Part shown: one piece after another, positions 30,201 through 45,200 of the stretch
Layout of the letters: every line of letters begins with the position of its first letter
How positions within the stretch are numbered: position 1 is the stretch's first letter
Assembly (NCBI GenBank): GCA_035221665.1
Contig: CM069137.1
Coordinates: 76,756,001 to 76,820,000, forward strand
Direction of reading: 5' to 3'
Source of the DNA: Okamejei kenojei
Lineage: Eukaryota
Length of the DNA stretch: 64,000 nt
The notes under the pieces: generated by a model
Database searches by the model: none
What the model saw: only the letters and a program-made list of their open reading frames with translations
Told to the model about the DNA's origin: nothing
Translations under genes and position numbers: made by a program

Positions 30201-33200
30201 ATCATTCTTTGGTGGTCTCCAAGTAAGTGAAACTGTGTTCTTGGTAACCAAAGCAACCTTGAGTTTTGTTGGTGGCTCAGGAGGATCTGAAGTATAAAAG
30301 TAAATTAATCAAAAAATGGCTAACTGAAGTTGTGTGGATATCTAAAATATATTAGTATATATTATAAAGCAGAAACTTACGAATTGGATCTCTCGCTCTA
30401 GTCCTCTGAATAGTTTCCACGGGTGGACCAACGCCAAATCGGTTTTCTGCACGGACACGGAAGAAATATTCCTGCCCATCAATAAGATCAGGCACAAGAT
30501 ATGATGTGCCTACACAGGAAGTATTAACTTTTACCCAAGCCTTTCCTTCCACAGTCTTTTTCTCTATAAAGTAGCATTTAATTCTGTCTCCACCATCATT
30601 GTCTGGAGGCTTCCATGAAAGTCTGCAGGTACTCCTTGTAATATCACTCACTTTGAGATCTTTTGGTTGTCCTGGCATATCTATTACATGTAAAAGATAA
30701 TTTAAGAATCATATCAAACTACTGCAATTCATTCTATTTCAAATAAATTGAAGAAAACAATTACATACCAAGAACATTTACTCTGACATGTAATGTCTTT
30801 TGACCAGCCTTGTTCTTAGCAGTAATACTGTATCGACCAGAGTGGGTTCTATTGCATGCTGGAATAATCACAGCTGTCTTAGTATCTGCACATTCAATCT
30901 ATAAAAGGCAAAGGGAAGAATTATAATTCAGTAAAATACAAATATCATTTTGCAATTCCAGATTTGAGACTTTTACAAAAGTATCATAAACCATGTTATT
31001 ACCTGAGCATCAGCTGGTACTCTATGCACTTCATCCTATAAAGAGTAAAATATCAAATGTTACAAGTTTTGCTTAATCTAAATTTGTTTAGAAGATTTCA
31101 CCTTAAGCTTGCCCTGAATTCCTGTGCCATTATGTCATGCTGGATGTTGTTATACCCATGGTGTACGTGGCATCTTTTTATATTGTCTTGATGCTGATCT
31201 AAACCTAACAGCATACATAACACAATCTAACTGATTGGAGATGAATCAGTTGTGTTAACTGAACAGATCGATCAAACCATTAGCACCAATGTAATTCAAA
31301 CTTCTCATCCAAAATGGGGTAGCTTGTTCTCATGCTGGCTTGCCATAAAATGTAAATTTTATTTTAATGAGAAGTTTAAATATGAGAGACCCAGAGAAAT
31401 TCCTAGAAAATGACCATTGCGAATGGATGGTCTATTACTTGGTTGCAATCCTCTTTTGGCAGAGAACTTTTGCCAGAAGTGATATATGTGGACCTTCATG
31501 CGATGCTCCGGAAAAAAGACATCTTAACATTATCTTTTCAGAATGTAGGTTATGCTAATCTTACTGAAGTTACAACTGCAGTGGATTCAGATACAATCAC
31601 AGTTTAAGAGATACTTAGACAGGAACTTAAACAGCCAAGGCATAAAAGGAATATGAACCTAATGTGGACAAATGAAATTAGTGTATGTGGGCAAAAAGGT
31701 CGGCACGGATGTGGTGAACCAAAGTACCAGTTTCTGTGCTGTGCAACTCTTTAACTAACTATATTTCTCTTTGTGGTCAATTAGTGAAAAACACATTTTA
31801 TTACTGAATGCTATGTGCTCAAAAACTGAGTATCAATTAGGTCGAAATGGACGGGAGCCCATCAGCTGTGATAGTGATATCTAAGATCTTGTGATATTAT
31901 ATTAATGTAGGATTCTAAATGAGTCAATGCCCTGGCTTCCTAAAATAGGAAAAAAGCCTGCGTTACTTTGCTGATTGGGTTCTGGTACCATTCAGCTTTA
32001 TCAAGTGCTGAATAGCCCAAATAGTGTTCCATAAAGGCAGTGCAGAGCCAATTAAAAAAAAACCCTTCTCAGAAAGTATTAAGATTTAATTGTTTTGCGA
32101 AGTGCTTCACAAAATTACTACTGATTATCACATATCCAGATTTTCCCACACACGTTCACCGGCACTCCCTTTACCAGTTTCTTTGAGCCAACTCATCATT
32201 GGCGCTATCTGGATTCCATGAGAAGCCTGGTGCATTAAAATACCACAATGGCACAGAATCACCTCATCTATTTCAATGAGGCCGAATGCTGAATTTAGTT
32301 TAGCATCCAAACCTAACAAAATCGAGCAAAAATTGACCTGAGCTGGTTAGCAAGTCAACATTTCCAATCTGTTTAAACAGAATGGAAGCACTTTTGTTAA
32401 CATACTTTGGGGGAAAACAGGTCACAGGCCACTACAGTTTCTTTAAATATACCTTTTATTGGTAGATTGCTAATTTAAGACTCATATTTTTCCAACCCTC
32501 AGATAAACTATCCTTAAATAATCCACCATGACATTAATCCCAGAAGACAATGATCTGCTGAAAGTAAGATGATTTTACTGAGTGTGCATCTTATTGTGTC
32601 AGAACCGACTGGGATTGCTCAATTTGTGGCAAGTGAAAATTTGTGAGGTTTCTTTCTACCAGAATGCCAGCTGGGGGCCCTGATTAATTAGTCTTCCAAA
32701 TATTGAACAATTGGTGATTATGTAGTACAAACTACAGAAAACAACATTCATGCTTTGAGCTGTAACCGATTCTAGAATTAAGCTTTGAAAATTTGAAATA
32801 ATATGTTGAAGACATGTTAATGTAATTACTTTTGACTTCTAACCAATTCCTACCATTAGATATTTGGATGAAATGATACAGGGTGATCAGATTGAGATTT
32901 ATTTTTGTTTAGGAATGTGTTAAATTCTGAAGATTCCATAAGGATTAACCTTTTGATACATTTAAATAATTGGAGCAATACATTACCTTTTGTTATTTCC
33001 CGATCATAATATCCTGGAGCACATTCCTCATATATCCAAAGGATATAGAAATTAGATGGCTCCCGGTCTATTCAGGAAACTTAAGTGATTGTACTTACAT
33101 ATAATTCAAATATTTTATACCTTGATAACTGTTTTAGTTGGTCCTTCAAATTCCCAACTGATCTTTGGAAAAGGACGGCCTGTTACAATAGCTGAGATTC

Positions 33201-36200
33201 TCAGAGGCGTTCCTGCAAGACAACTAAGGAAGTCTTGTGCACCAACATCCAATGTGACATCGGGTTCCTCTGCAAATCACAAAGAAAAATATGTTGGGAA
33301 GTCCTACAAAATGTACATTTGAACAGTCGTAAGAATCTAGAAGTGCTTACCTAGTGTTTCCTTCATAATTATTTCTGAAGTGGATAAACTTGGTTCAGAT
33401 TCTCCTACAGCATTAACAGCTTTAATCCGGAACCTGTATTTCTTGAGTGCTTGTAAATTGGGCACTTCATATTCACATTTACGAATTAATTTATCTGGCT
33501 CTGATGCTCTTTTCCAATCAGGTGAACCTTCTTCCTGCATCTCGACAATGTAACCTTGGATTGGGCTGTGACCATCCTTTTCTGGGGATTTCCATGCGAG
33601 CTTTATAGTATTTTTAGTTTTGTCAGTGACTTCAGGACAGGAGGGAGCACCTGGAGCATCTTTGGGGTAGAAACAGAACATGTAATGCATATGCCAATAT
33701 CCATTTTTATGCAGTGTGAATGAAAACAATTTGATAGCTTAAATAAGAGCAACAAAATAAAATAATTTACATTATGGTACATATTATTTGATAATTAAAA
33801 TATCAGCCTTTAATTTATGAGTGTATGTGGATTATTTAAGGCCATTCTGATTTTAGGAAGAGATCCAGATTCGGATTAGTTTTTTGTCCTATACATCAGG
33901 GGGTAATGACATTCCTTGTTCACATGAAGCTAAGGATAATGATAGAGACATTTAGTTCTACCTCATTCATTTATTCCATTATTCTGGTACATTATTTTGC
34001 TCGACTTCAGATCACACTACAATCTTTCCATCATTCTCCTGCAATGCATTTGTTGTGGTATTTATTGTATGTAAGAGTACATAGCAACACCCCTGGAAGT
34101 GGGTGTGAGAGAGGTGATTGGTCTGATAGTAGTGGGGAAGAAACTGTTTTGAAGTCTAGATGACGAGGCTTTAAAGCTGATATATTTTCCCCCAGAAGGT
34201 AGGAGTGAAAAGGAAATGGACAGGGTGGCAGGCATCCTTCACAATACTTCCAGCCTTCCTGATGCAATGATTTTGAAGATGGACTAATTATGTAAGGAAA
34301 CAATGAACGTGTGATGGACTGGATTGTGTTCACCATTCTCTGCAGGTTCAAGTGGTCAAGAGCCAATCAGTTGCCAGAGCAGGATAGAATGCACCCCCTC
34401 AGAATACATTCCATGGTGCATCTGTAGAAGTTCAAGGGAATCCTTGTGGATAAGCCAAATCTTCACAGATGCCTATGAAAGTAAACATGCTGATGTTTTT
34501 TCCTCATCACCACATTAGTGTGAAAAGACCTAGTCAGTTTGCTGGTGACATGGATGCTTAGGAACCCGAAGATGTTGACCATCTCCAGAGCAGCTACGTT
34601 ATTGAGGACAGGGATGTGTTCACTCATTACCCCCTCCACTCAGTTCTTATAATTAGTTATTTATCAATTTTTTTTTTTTTAATCTCAGAATTAGAAATGC
34701 ATAACTGATAAACATAGATTTATTAATACTTACACTTAGGATCGGATGCCAAAACTGGATCGGAAGGTTCACTTGGAGGTCCAGTTCCAGCAGCATTTAC
34801 AGCCATCACTCGGAACTGATATTCAATGCCTTCTATTAAGCGGTGGACAGTGAATTCTAGGCCTTTCACAGCTGGCTTTGTCAGAGGAGCTCTATTGACA
34901 CGTGACCAATACACACCATCTACTTCTCTCTTCTCTATATAATAACCAGTAATTGGAGCACCCCCATTGTCTAGTGGGGGTTTCCAAGATACAAGCATAG
35001 AAGACCTTGTAACATCAGACACATTTGGTTTACTTGGTGGTCCTGGGAGGCTAAATGGATCCTTGATTGTCACTTTTTCAGATATGCAGCCATCACTAAT
35101 TCCATATTTGTTCTCTGCTCTGATTCTAAACTGATATTCTCCATCAGTTATCAGTTTCCATGCCTAAAATAGATAAAACTTTGATTACATATATATAACA
35201 TTTGCTAGATTATTGTTAGATGTAGTTAAATATATCAATCTAATACTGTAATATGAAAAAGAACATTACCCCATATCGTCTTTCAATAATGTTTTTAGTG
35301 ATTTCCTCCCATTCAGATTTCTTTGTGCTAGCATCACGCTTGTCAACAATGTAGTTAGTTATTTCACTCCCACCATTGTCCTCAGGTGCATCCCAAGTCA
35401 GATAACAGGATTCAGCTTTAATATCAGAGACTTTAAGGTTCCTTGGCGGTAAAGGTTTATCTATGGTTAAGAAAAAGGAAAACAAAATAACACTTTAACA
35501 CCATCATTAATTTGGACACATTTTTGTATAAATTTTGAAACGTTTTCTTGTGTTGTGTTTCCTTACCTAGAATATTTATGTTAACAGTCTGAGATGCTGT
35601 TCCCAGGCGGTTTGAAGCAGTAATGGTGTAAGTATCTGTATCTTTTCTGATGGTTGTCGGAATACTAAACTTTGTTAATGCGTTTGTTCTTGACACTACT
35701 TCAGTATCTATCTTTTGTCGGTCAGTTGATTTTTCCACTAGAGTCTCTCCTTTACTCCATTCAATTTTGGGAAAAGGGAGACCTTCCACCTCAGCGGGAA
35801 TTTCAACTGATTCTCCAACTTTAACAGCTATTACATCTTTCTTCATTCTTAATAGTAGTCTTACTATGGGAGGCACTATTAGGAAAATTAATGAATGAAA
35901 GAACAAAAATATTGATCAGTTGAAAAAAAGATTTTTGACATGATATTTATAAAATAGGTTAATAACACAGAAAATAATAATTGAATGCAGTTACCTTCAT
36001 CATCTTGCACTATTACATTGAGAGTAATTGATGGTTCACTTTCTCCAATTTCATTAACAGCTCTGACACGGAAGTCATACATCTGTAAGTCCTCAAGATC
36101 ATCCACTGTAAAGGTTGTGTCTCGACAAATCTGTTTGTTGGCTTTCTCAAATTCAGGCTGATCGTGTCTTTTCTTTTCGACAAAGTACCCAATAACAGGA

Positions 36201-39200
36201 CGACCACCATCAGTTCTTGGAGGTTTCCAGGTGAGTGTAACGGTTGACTTTGTTCTATCAGCATACCTAAACTTCTCAGGTGAAGTTGGTGGACCTATAA
36301 TTAAAGAGTATGTTCAATTCACACATGTAACAGAATGTCCAGAAATTATTTAATAGTCTTTCTTTTTATTTCTCTCACCTAGAGGATCAACTGCAGCTAT
36401 TGGTCCAAGTATGTCAGTGGGACCACAACCATATTTATTTTTAGCACAAATTCGGAACATATATTCCTGTCCTTCAAGAAGACCGACAATATCACATTTG
36501 GATTTTTCTGTTTCAATAGGTTGCCTCCAGGAATGCATTTTAGCATCCTTTCTTTCAATAACATAGCCAATTATATCACTACCACCATCATCTATAGGTT
36601 CCGACCAGTTAAGTAATATCATCTTTCTTGTAACAACTACAGGTTTTAGATCCAAGATAGGCCCAGGAACGTCTGGAAGAAAAAGCACAAACCAGTGAGA
36701 TATAAGATTATATAATAAAACACCAACCTTTTTTTACTTTTGTCTCTTTACTATGAGTCTTACCAACAATATCCACTCGAGTCCATGCAGCTTTGCTACC
36801 ACTGCTGTTTGTTGCAGTAACTATGTATCTACCAAAATCACTTCTTTGTGAATTTTGTACAATTAATTCTGTCGTTGTACCAACTGTTTCAATCACAGCA
36901 AGTTTTTCATCAAATGGTCCTCCTTCTTCCTTGTTCCATTTAATTTCTGGAGTTGGTCGACCTGTTACGATTGCAGGAAGTCTAAGGACTTCTCCAGCCA
37001 GTTTTAGAACACCATTTCTTACACTTACATCAAATTCTATCGTTGGAGGTACTGGAAAACAAAAAGTACTTTTGTAAATAGGAACAGTAAAAATACTGAA
37101 AAGCATAAATCTAAGTAGTTGCAAGATTCGTAATACCTTGTGGCTCCTTTACGGTTACAACTTCAGTCTGACCCGGAGCTCCTTCTCCAGCATTATTGAC
37201 TGCCACCACACGTACCATATAATCTGCATCTTCTCTAACTCCCATAACTGAGTACGTGAGATCTTTAACTAATCTATCCGTGCAGCGAGACCATTCCCTA
37301 GATCCCATAAGCTGCTTGTCAACATGATAACCAATAATATCCCCTCCACCATTGTAGATGGGGGGATCCCATTTTATTTCTATTGATGTTGCTGATGTAT
37401 CAACGATACTTGGTATTGGTGGCCCAGGTGGCACTTAAACAAGAAAGAAAGAAAGAAAATAAATGAATAACAGCCTGATAAATATTTTTTAATGATTTTC
37501 AAGTTTGTTAATTACAGTTAAGCTAATACTTACAAACTGGGTCCTGTGCTCTTTTGGGATCTGACGGTAGACTGAATTTACCAGGGCCAGCTTCATTTTC
37601 TGCACAAACTCTGAATAGGTAATTTAAACCCTCCATAAGACCTTCAGCTGTAACCTTTAGGGCATTTAGTAAGTCTTTATTAACTCGAGTCCAGTGTGTG
37701 CTGCTAATTTCTTTTCTTTCAATCCAGTAGCCTAAAATTGGGCTCCCATTGTCCTTTGGTTCCTTCCATGCAACAACCATACTATTACTAGTGGTATCCT
37801 CCACTTCTGGTTTATCGGGTGCTTCAGGAGGATCTAAAAAAAGGAATAATGAGAATGAGTAATAACAATAAACCATTGTCAAATAATAACAAAAAGAAAA
37901 CCATAGAAAATACATTTTATTACTGTTGTAATTTCTGCAATATAATGATCGGTAACATTTTTCTTAAATTATGGTTTTGAGAAACAGAAGTAAAAGCTTA
38001 CCAAATGGATTTTTAGCAACAAGTGGTTTTGAAACACATGATGGTCCAGGACCAAATTTATTTTCTGCTGCTACACGGAAAATATATTCTTTTCCTTCAA
38101 TAAGTTTTGTCACATGATATTTGCAATGTCTAAGAGTTGTTGTTATGGTAATCCAGCCAATTCCAGCTTTGGAATTATCTTTCTTCTCCAAGATATAGTT
38201 AAGAATTTCACTACCGCCATTGTCCAACGGAGGATCCCATTTACAGATGACAGAATCATTTCTGACTTCCTCAAATATGAAATTGATAGGTGGTCCAGGT
38301 GTGTCTGAAATGCCAAATACAAAATGTTGCTGTTATACCAGCATGAATATACAAAATACAAAACTATGCTCTAAATATTTACATTTTTTAGAAATTTCTT
38401 CGCAAAATGTCACGATATAAATGAAAGAATTTAGGTAACATCTCACCTAAGACAATCACTTCACAACTTGCATGGGCTACACCATGATCATTTTCTACTT
38501 TGATAGTATAATTTCCATGGTCTTTTCTGATGGAATCCCGCACCATGATTTCAGACTCTCCTGTATGGCTGTTGTCAAGAGTTAACCGTTCTGGTAGACT
38601 GAGAGAGAAAGGCTCTTCCTCTACAACCTCCTTCTTCTTAGATGGTAAAATTATTTTTGCCACTCTTTTCTTGATTTCCTCAGGTCTAATCACTTCATCA
38701 TTATGAAGCCATGTTATCGTTGGATAAGGAGCACCGGAAATACGAGCTAGGAGACCTATCTCCTCACCTTTTCTTACATTCAATCCAGATGAAATATTTC
38801 TGACAAAGCTCACCTTTGGTGGGTCTATACGGAAAAAGGAATAACAATTAAGAAAATCCTTTTTTATCTAATTTTACCTTCAAATTGTTTGTTTCATCAC
38901 TTAGAAATTTATAGATATGAAGGCATCAAAATGACTTGAATTAATGATTTTTCTGAGTTTTACAAAAGTAACTCACCAATGGGGTCCAAAGCTTTGACTG
39001 ATAGAGTTATTCTAGAAGGATCACTAATTCCAGCAATATTTTCAGAACGTGCACGAAACTGGTATTCATTTCCCTCCTCAAGATTCTTTACAGTATAGGT
39101 CAGAACAGGAACCAAATACTCATTGCACCTCTCCCATTTGTCACTTCCTTTTGCAATCTTTTCTATGATATAACCCATGATTTTACAACCACCATCATAA

Positions 39201-42200
39201 AACGGTGGTTTCCATGTGAGTGTTACTGATTTTGATGATGGATCATTCACCTCAAGATCAACTGGTGGGTCAGGGCGTTCTGAAGGAAAATTACAAACAC
39301 AAGTTTTAACAATTCTTAAAAAGTTCTGATAATTAAAAGCTTGGAAGACAATATCATTAGTCATTATTATTTTCTGAAATACTTACGCTTTTGATCTTCT
39401 GCAATAACTGGGTTGCGAATCTCAGTAAATTCACCACCACCAATTTTATTCACAGCTTTTACACGGAAGTGGTATTCACTATTTGGAATAAGATCCTTTA
39501 CTTGCCAGGTCAGTTTATTTTCACCTGACATTACTGGTGTGAAAGTTCTTCTTCCAGCCTCCCGACGTTGTAGAACATAATGTAAAATTGGAGTGCCACC
39601 ATCAAAGTCTGGAGGTTCCCAGCTTATCTTGCAAGAACTCTTGGTGACGTCACTTGCTTTTATATCTTTACACAGACCAGGCAATCCTTAATGAAAATAA
39701 AGAAGATTATATGGTCAAAGAATACAATTTGATTTATTCAGAAACAGTGTTTCAGGCAAGAAAATAATTAAGAAAATCATGCTACATTTAATTTCAAATT
39801 ATTACCTATGACTTTAACGTTAATGGTGCCTGTTGTTGAACCAAGTTTATTTTCTAATGTAATTGTGTAGACACCCGCGTCAGCATGAACACAGTTAGCA
39901 ATTTCAATGGATGCCTGTGTATAATCACTCTGCTTGGTCACTCTGTCATCCACTTTGAGCTCCTTTCCATTCTTAAACCAAGAAATAGTTGGTACAGGCA
40001 CAGCTCTAAACTGCACAGGGATATTCAACTTCTCGCCCTGCACAACAGTTATGTCTTTGCTCTGCACTTCAATACTTGGATTACCTATAAAAATACATAT
40101 GTTTAAACAACATTTAAAATAGATAATGTTTTTAACAGAATAAGAAGATAGTTTTTGAATGGAATAGGAAATATTTCAAAAGATTGTTCTTACAGTCTGA
40201 ATCCTTAGCCGTAACATTTTCTGAAATTTCTGACGGATCACTTGTTCCAATGGCATTAACAGCCTTAACTCTCAGGATATATTCTTTATCAGGAATAATG
40301 CCTTCTTCTGCTTTATATTTTAATTCTTTTACTGGCCGAGAATTAATTCGCATCCACTTCTCTGTTCCTGCTTCACAAATTTCAACATGATAGCCAATAA
40401 TAGGACTACCACCAATTTTCTCTGGAGGTTTCCATTCAATAGAAATTTGATCTCTGTTTGCATCTGTCACGTGTAACTCAAGAGGAGGAGATGGTGGACC
40501 TAGACACAAATAACATTACATTATTATCTGTAAATGTCCAAAATTTCAAGCACATTTCTGTAATGACACGTTTCCTTTCAATTTATACTCACTAGTCGGA
40601 TCTTCAATAAATAGCAAATCAGTAGGTTCACTTGGATGCCCACAGCCAGCTTCATTTTCAGCACGGACTTGGAATTGTACTTCAGTGCCCTCAATTACAT
40701 CAGTGACTCTATAATTACATTCTGGTCCAGCAGTCTTGCCAGCTTTAACCCAGCGAGTCCCTAATTTCTCTTTCTTTTCAATCACATACCTATGGAATGA
40801 TTTAGTAACATTTAAGTAGTAAATATATTCAGAAGGAAAGAGACTCAATGAATGCAAAATAAACATTTACTGTCTTGGTGAAAAGATGTATCATATGGAA
40901 AATAACTAAAATAACCTCAGTATTGGCCTTCCACCATCATTTTTGGGAGCCTCCCATTTCAGTTCAACATGTCTTTTGGTTACATCGAGGACTGTAAGGG
41001 CATAAGGCGGCCCAGGTGTTGCTAGAGATAAACATTAATACATGGTGAGATAAACTAATCATAATTTGTAATTAATTATTCACAAGGACTAGAAACATTA
41101 CAAACAAGCTTACTGAAGGTATCTTTTGCAAGAACTGAGTCTTCCAATTCGCAGTATTCACTCTGACCAACTGCATTTTCTGCAGCAACCCGGAATACAT
41201 ATAGTGAACCTTCTGAAAGTGGTGTAACTGTGGATTTAATGTCTTTTATTGTTGTATCAACAGTTTGCCAGCCTTTTCGTCTTACATCTCTTTTTTCCAC
41301 AATATAATTTGTGATGGGAGAGCCACCATCTTTTTCTGGTGGTGTCCATTTGAGATCAGCAGTATTCTTAGTGATGTTAACAACTTCAAGCCAACGTGGA
41401 GGTGAAGGAGGGTCTGTAGAGAAGAAGACATTGCTTATAATTAAAATTGCATGACTTTTGATATTAACTGTCATAGAAATGGTATATAAGATGAGTGTAA
41501 CTTACTCAATCTCTCTTTGCACAACACAGGATCACTGGGTTCACTTGGGTCACTTTCGCCAGCTTTATTAACAGCTCGTATACGGAATGAATATTCTTGT
41601 TTCTCCATAAGTCCTTTCAGGAAATACTCAGTCATGGCAATACCTTCGGCTACTCTGACCCAGTCTTCTGTTCCACTTTTCAGTAATTCAACAATGTAAG
41701 ATTCAATCTTTGCCCCTCCATCATGCTCTGGTTTATTCCAATTTAAGAAAGCGGAAGTCTTCATGACATCTTTAATATTAGGCTTTCCAGGAGGCCATGG
41801 TGGGTCTATAAATTAATTTGTGATAATAAATGAGCAAATCTTATGTAATATTATATAGTCAATTCCATCATATATTCTGCAGCATACGTGTTGCCTTGAA
41901 AACAGCAAGATATGCTTAAAAATTGTAGTGTTAGATTTTTCAAATATGGTTGCTGACTATATATAATGTTCTTCTAATCATGCAGAGTCAAGCAATATTT
42001 CAACATAGCACATAAAAAGGCATGACATTTCCTTGGGTTAACATAACTGTACACGTACCAATAGGATCCTTCACCAAGATCGGGTCTGTTTCTAAGCTAG
42101 GGTTTCCAGGACCAGCTAGATTCTCTGCCAGAACACGGAATTTGTACTTCTTCTTTGGTGTAAGCCCCTTTAATCTGCGTTGAAAAAAATGTTTAGGTAC

Positions 42201-45200
42201 ATATTTAGGCAAGGGCCGAATGGCCTACTCCTGCACCTAATTTCTACATGATCATTTGTTTTCAATTAATTTAGCTATTGTTTTACATCTGGAATAACTG
42301 AAACAAGTTTTGCACATGATGTCTAGATAACTATTTGCAGCTATCAACAATCACATTCTACCATGGACAAAAATAGACTGATTAATTATATTTTGCCATT
42401 TTGTATTTTTTCTTTCCTCCCATACAAAACTAACCAATCAGAAGTCACCATTCATATATTTAGCTACAAATAAGAATATGTAATATATATACACATGGGA
42501 CATTTCAGACATCAATAGTTTCCTGTTCATCTTACTGCTATATCTTTGTATTAGCTCACAAATCAATTTGATCCCGAGACTAACAGTTGATGTGGTATGG
42601 GAATAGTTAATGTACAAGCATTATTACCCAACTAGTCAAAACTACTAATCTGAAAAGGACCTTCTATCACTTCTTACTCATTTTCTTATCTATCTATGAA
42701 CCTTGAAAACTCTCTGCATCCTCCTCATAACATACAATCACCCAGCCTTACATTATCAGCGGACATTGATATACTACATGTAATTCCCTTACTTAATTTA
42801 GTAATATAGATGGTGAACAGCTATGATCCCAGCATTGTTCTTTGCCACATGCTGCTAGTTACAGCCGAAGGAAGTGAAAGTAACATATTTATCGCTATTG
42901 CTTTTTTGTTGCTTAATCAACCCTCCAGCCATGCAAGTATATTATCCTAAATCTGAAATGCTTTAAATTTCTATAACAATTTTTTGCATCGAATCAAAGG
43001 CTTAGATAAGGTAGATAGAATAATTTACGGATTGTTAAAAACAAGAGTCATCGGTTTAAGGCGAGATGGAGTTTTAACGGAGATCTAAGAGGAAAGGTTT
43101 GTGGTATTTATTAACTGAATATATTCCATGAGTTTAAGTAAGGGGATGAATATAGAAGAAATGTGTTTAAATGAAAAATTATAGCGAGTGCATGTTGGAC
43201 AAAATAATAATGAACAGTTATGGAAAAATAGATTTGCAGACAGTTCTCAGGAATGGAACCCTTATGTAACATGGGAAATACCTGTATTATATTCCAATTG
43301 CTCTTTCATTTTAGTAATAGACTCTTGTCAGGTTTACATGATACTTGCAGAAAAACCCAACAATGGATTAATTAACATGAGTGCATTTACAACCACATTT
43401 TGATCCTGCTACTGTACTGATGGCTTCTTAGTACCTTCTGTTAACCTATTGTTTTGAGCAAGGGAAGGCAAAACAAGGACGAGGTAGCAGCCTTCTTCTT
43501 CATAGAGGCAGTCTGACTGCAATTTTAGTTGATCTCCCGAATGGGAATATAACAATGGCTTTGCCATTGGGCCAGGCAGGAGAGAGACCATATAGGCGTG
43601 TAAGCAAAATTAATTTCATTAGTTTCTTATGGTCCAAAAAAAACAGAAAAGGAATACAGCTTTGTTTTGTTGAGCCATGATGTAAGTTTTGGAACATCAA
43701 TTAGTCCTCAGAGAATAAGTAAACTGCCATGTTATCACGGCTTCAGAGTTTCTGAAAATTAGGTCCATGCATCATAAATACCTGAAACTAGTGTCTTTGA
43801 TAGGTATCTTGTTGCATCTTTGCCATTTATCATTGTTGGCATCATATTTTTCAATAAAGTATCCAGTGATTGGGCTACCACCATCTTCTTCAGGTTCATA
43901 CCATGTCAGCGTAAGTGAATCTTTAGTAATATCTGAACCTTTTAAATTTGTTGGAGCACCAGGTGGATCTAATGTACAATCATATATCCATGTTTTACAA
44001 ACATTAAAGTGTGAAATATGTAAAAACAAAACAAATGTCTCAATTATAATTTACATAATTGTATTGTATTTTCCTTACCAAAAGCATACTTCGCTATTAT
44101 TGGAGCATGCTGAGATGGCTCTCCAATACCATACATGTTTTCAGCCAAAACTCTGAACGTATATTCTTTTAGTGGTTTAAGATTTGTTGCCTTGAATTTG
44201 GTTTCTTTGATAGTGGAAGAAAGTTTGTTCCATAGTTCACTGGTTCCAACTTTATATTCCACAATGTAATTTGTAATGCGTGAACCACCATCATCTCTGG
44301 GTGGATTCCATGTCAAGTTACAGGATTCATTTGTAATATCAGTGATATCAAATGCAGCTGGTTGGCCAGGCTTGTCTGTAAAAACAAAATGTTAAAATAT
44401 GTAGATATTTTTCCCATAGGAAAAGTATAGATATGATTGTAAATAATGATTGAATAATTGAATTACCTAGAATGTTCACTTCCACAACCGCAGTGGCACG
44501 GCCACTAGTGTTTACTGCTTCAATAATATAGGTACCACTATCAGATCTCATGGTATCGGAGATTGTTACAACGGAATGATCAGGTTTGGTGTCAATAACT
44601 ATTCTGTTGTCGGGCTTCAGAAGGTGTTCAGCCTTTGTCCAAGTAATTCTAGGATCAGGTTTACCAGTGATAACAGCTGGGAGCTCAATCTTTGTGCCAG
44701 CCTTCACAGTAATGCCAGTAAGCAACTTAACGTCAAGATGAATCTCTGGACTCACTGCAATAAACAAAGAAGACATTACTAATTTGGTAAGAATTGATCC
44801 ATTTTAAAAAGGAAAACTGAAGGCCGTCTAGTTTTGCCATCTCCATTTGTGGAGACACACTTGACATTAATATATGAATCATGAATACCAATTAATTGCA
44901 AATTAGAAGCATCAGTAAAGTGTGCTAATTACACAACCCATAACTGTTGCATCAAACAAAAAATTATCAGTAATACTCAGATATAACATCACTAATTTAG
45001 GTAACCTTGAATTTTATTCTTTACCAAAATATTTCTTCACGAATAAAATAACTTGCAATAGTGAATTAATTTATTACAATGATAACATTTATGATATAAA
45101 TCTGTCTACATTTATTAAAAGGATTGGAATGTATTATTAAGGGACTGGCTTTAGTAAAACGGTGATTTGGAAACATTAGTTTTATATTCGTTAGTAAGAA

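Noticed and set aside
33093-33098. Perfect GTAAGT donor 22 nt beyond the ex284 donor
   Set aside because: The extension starts GTA TAA (stop) and shifts frame; no other support.
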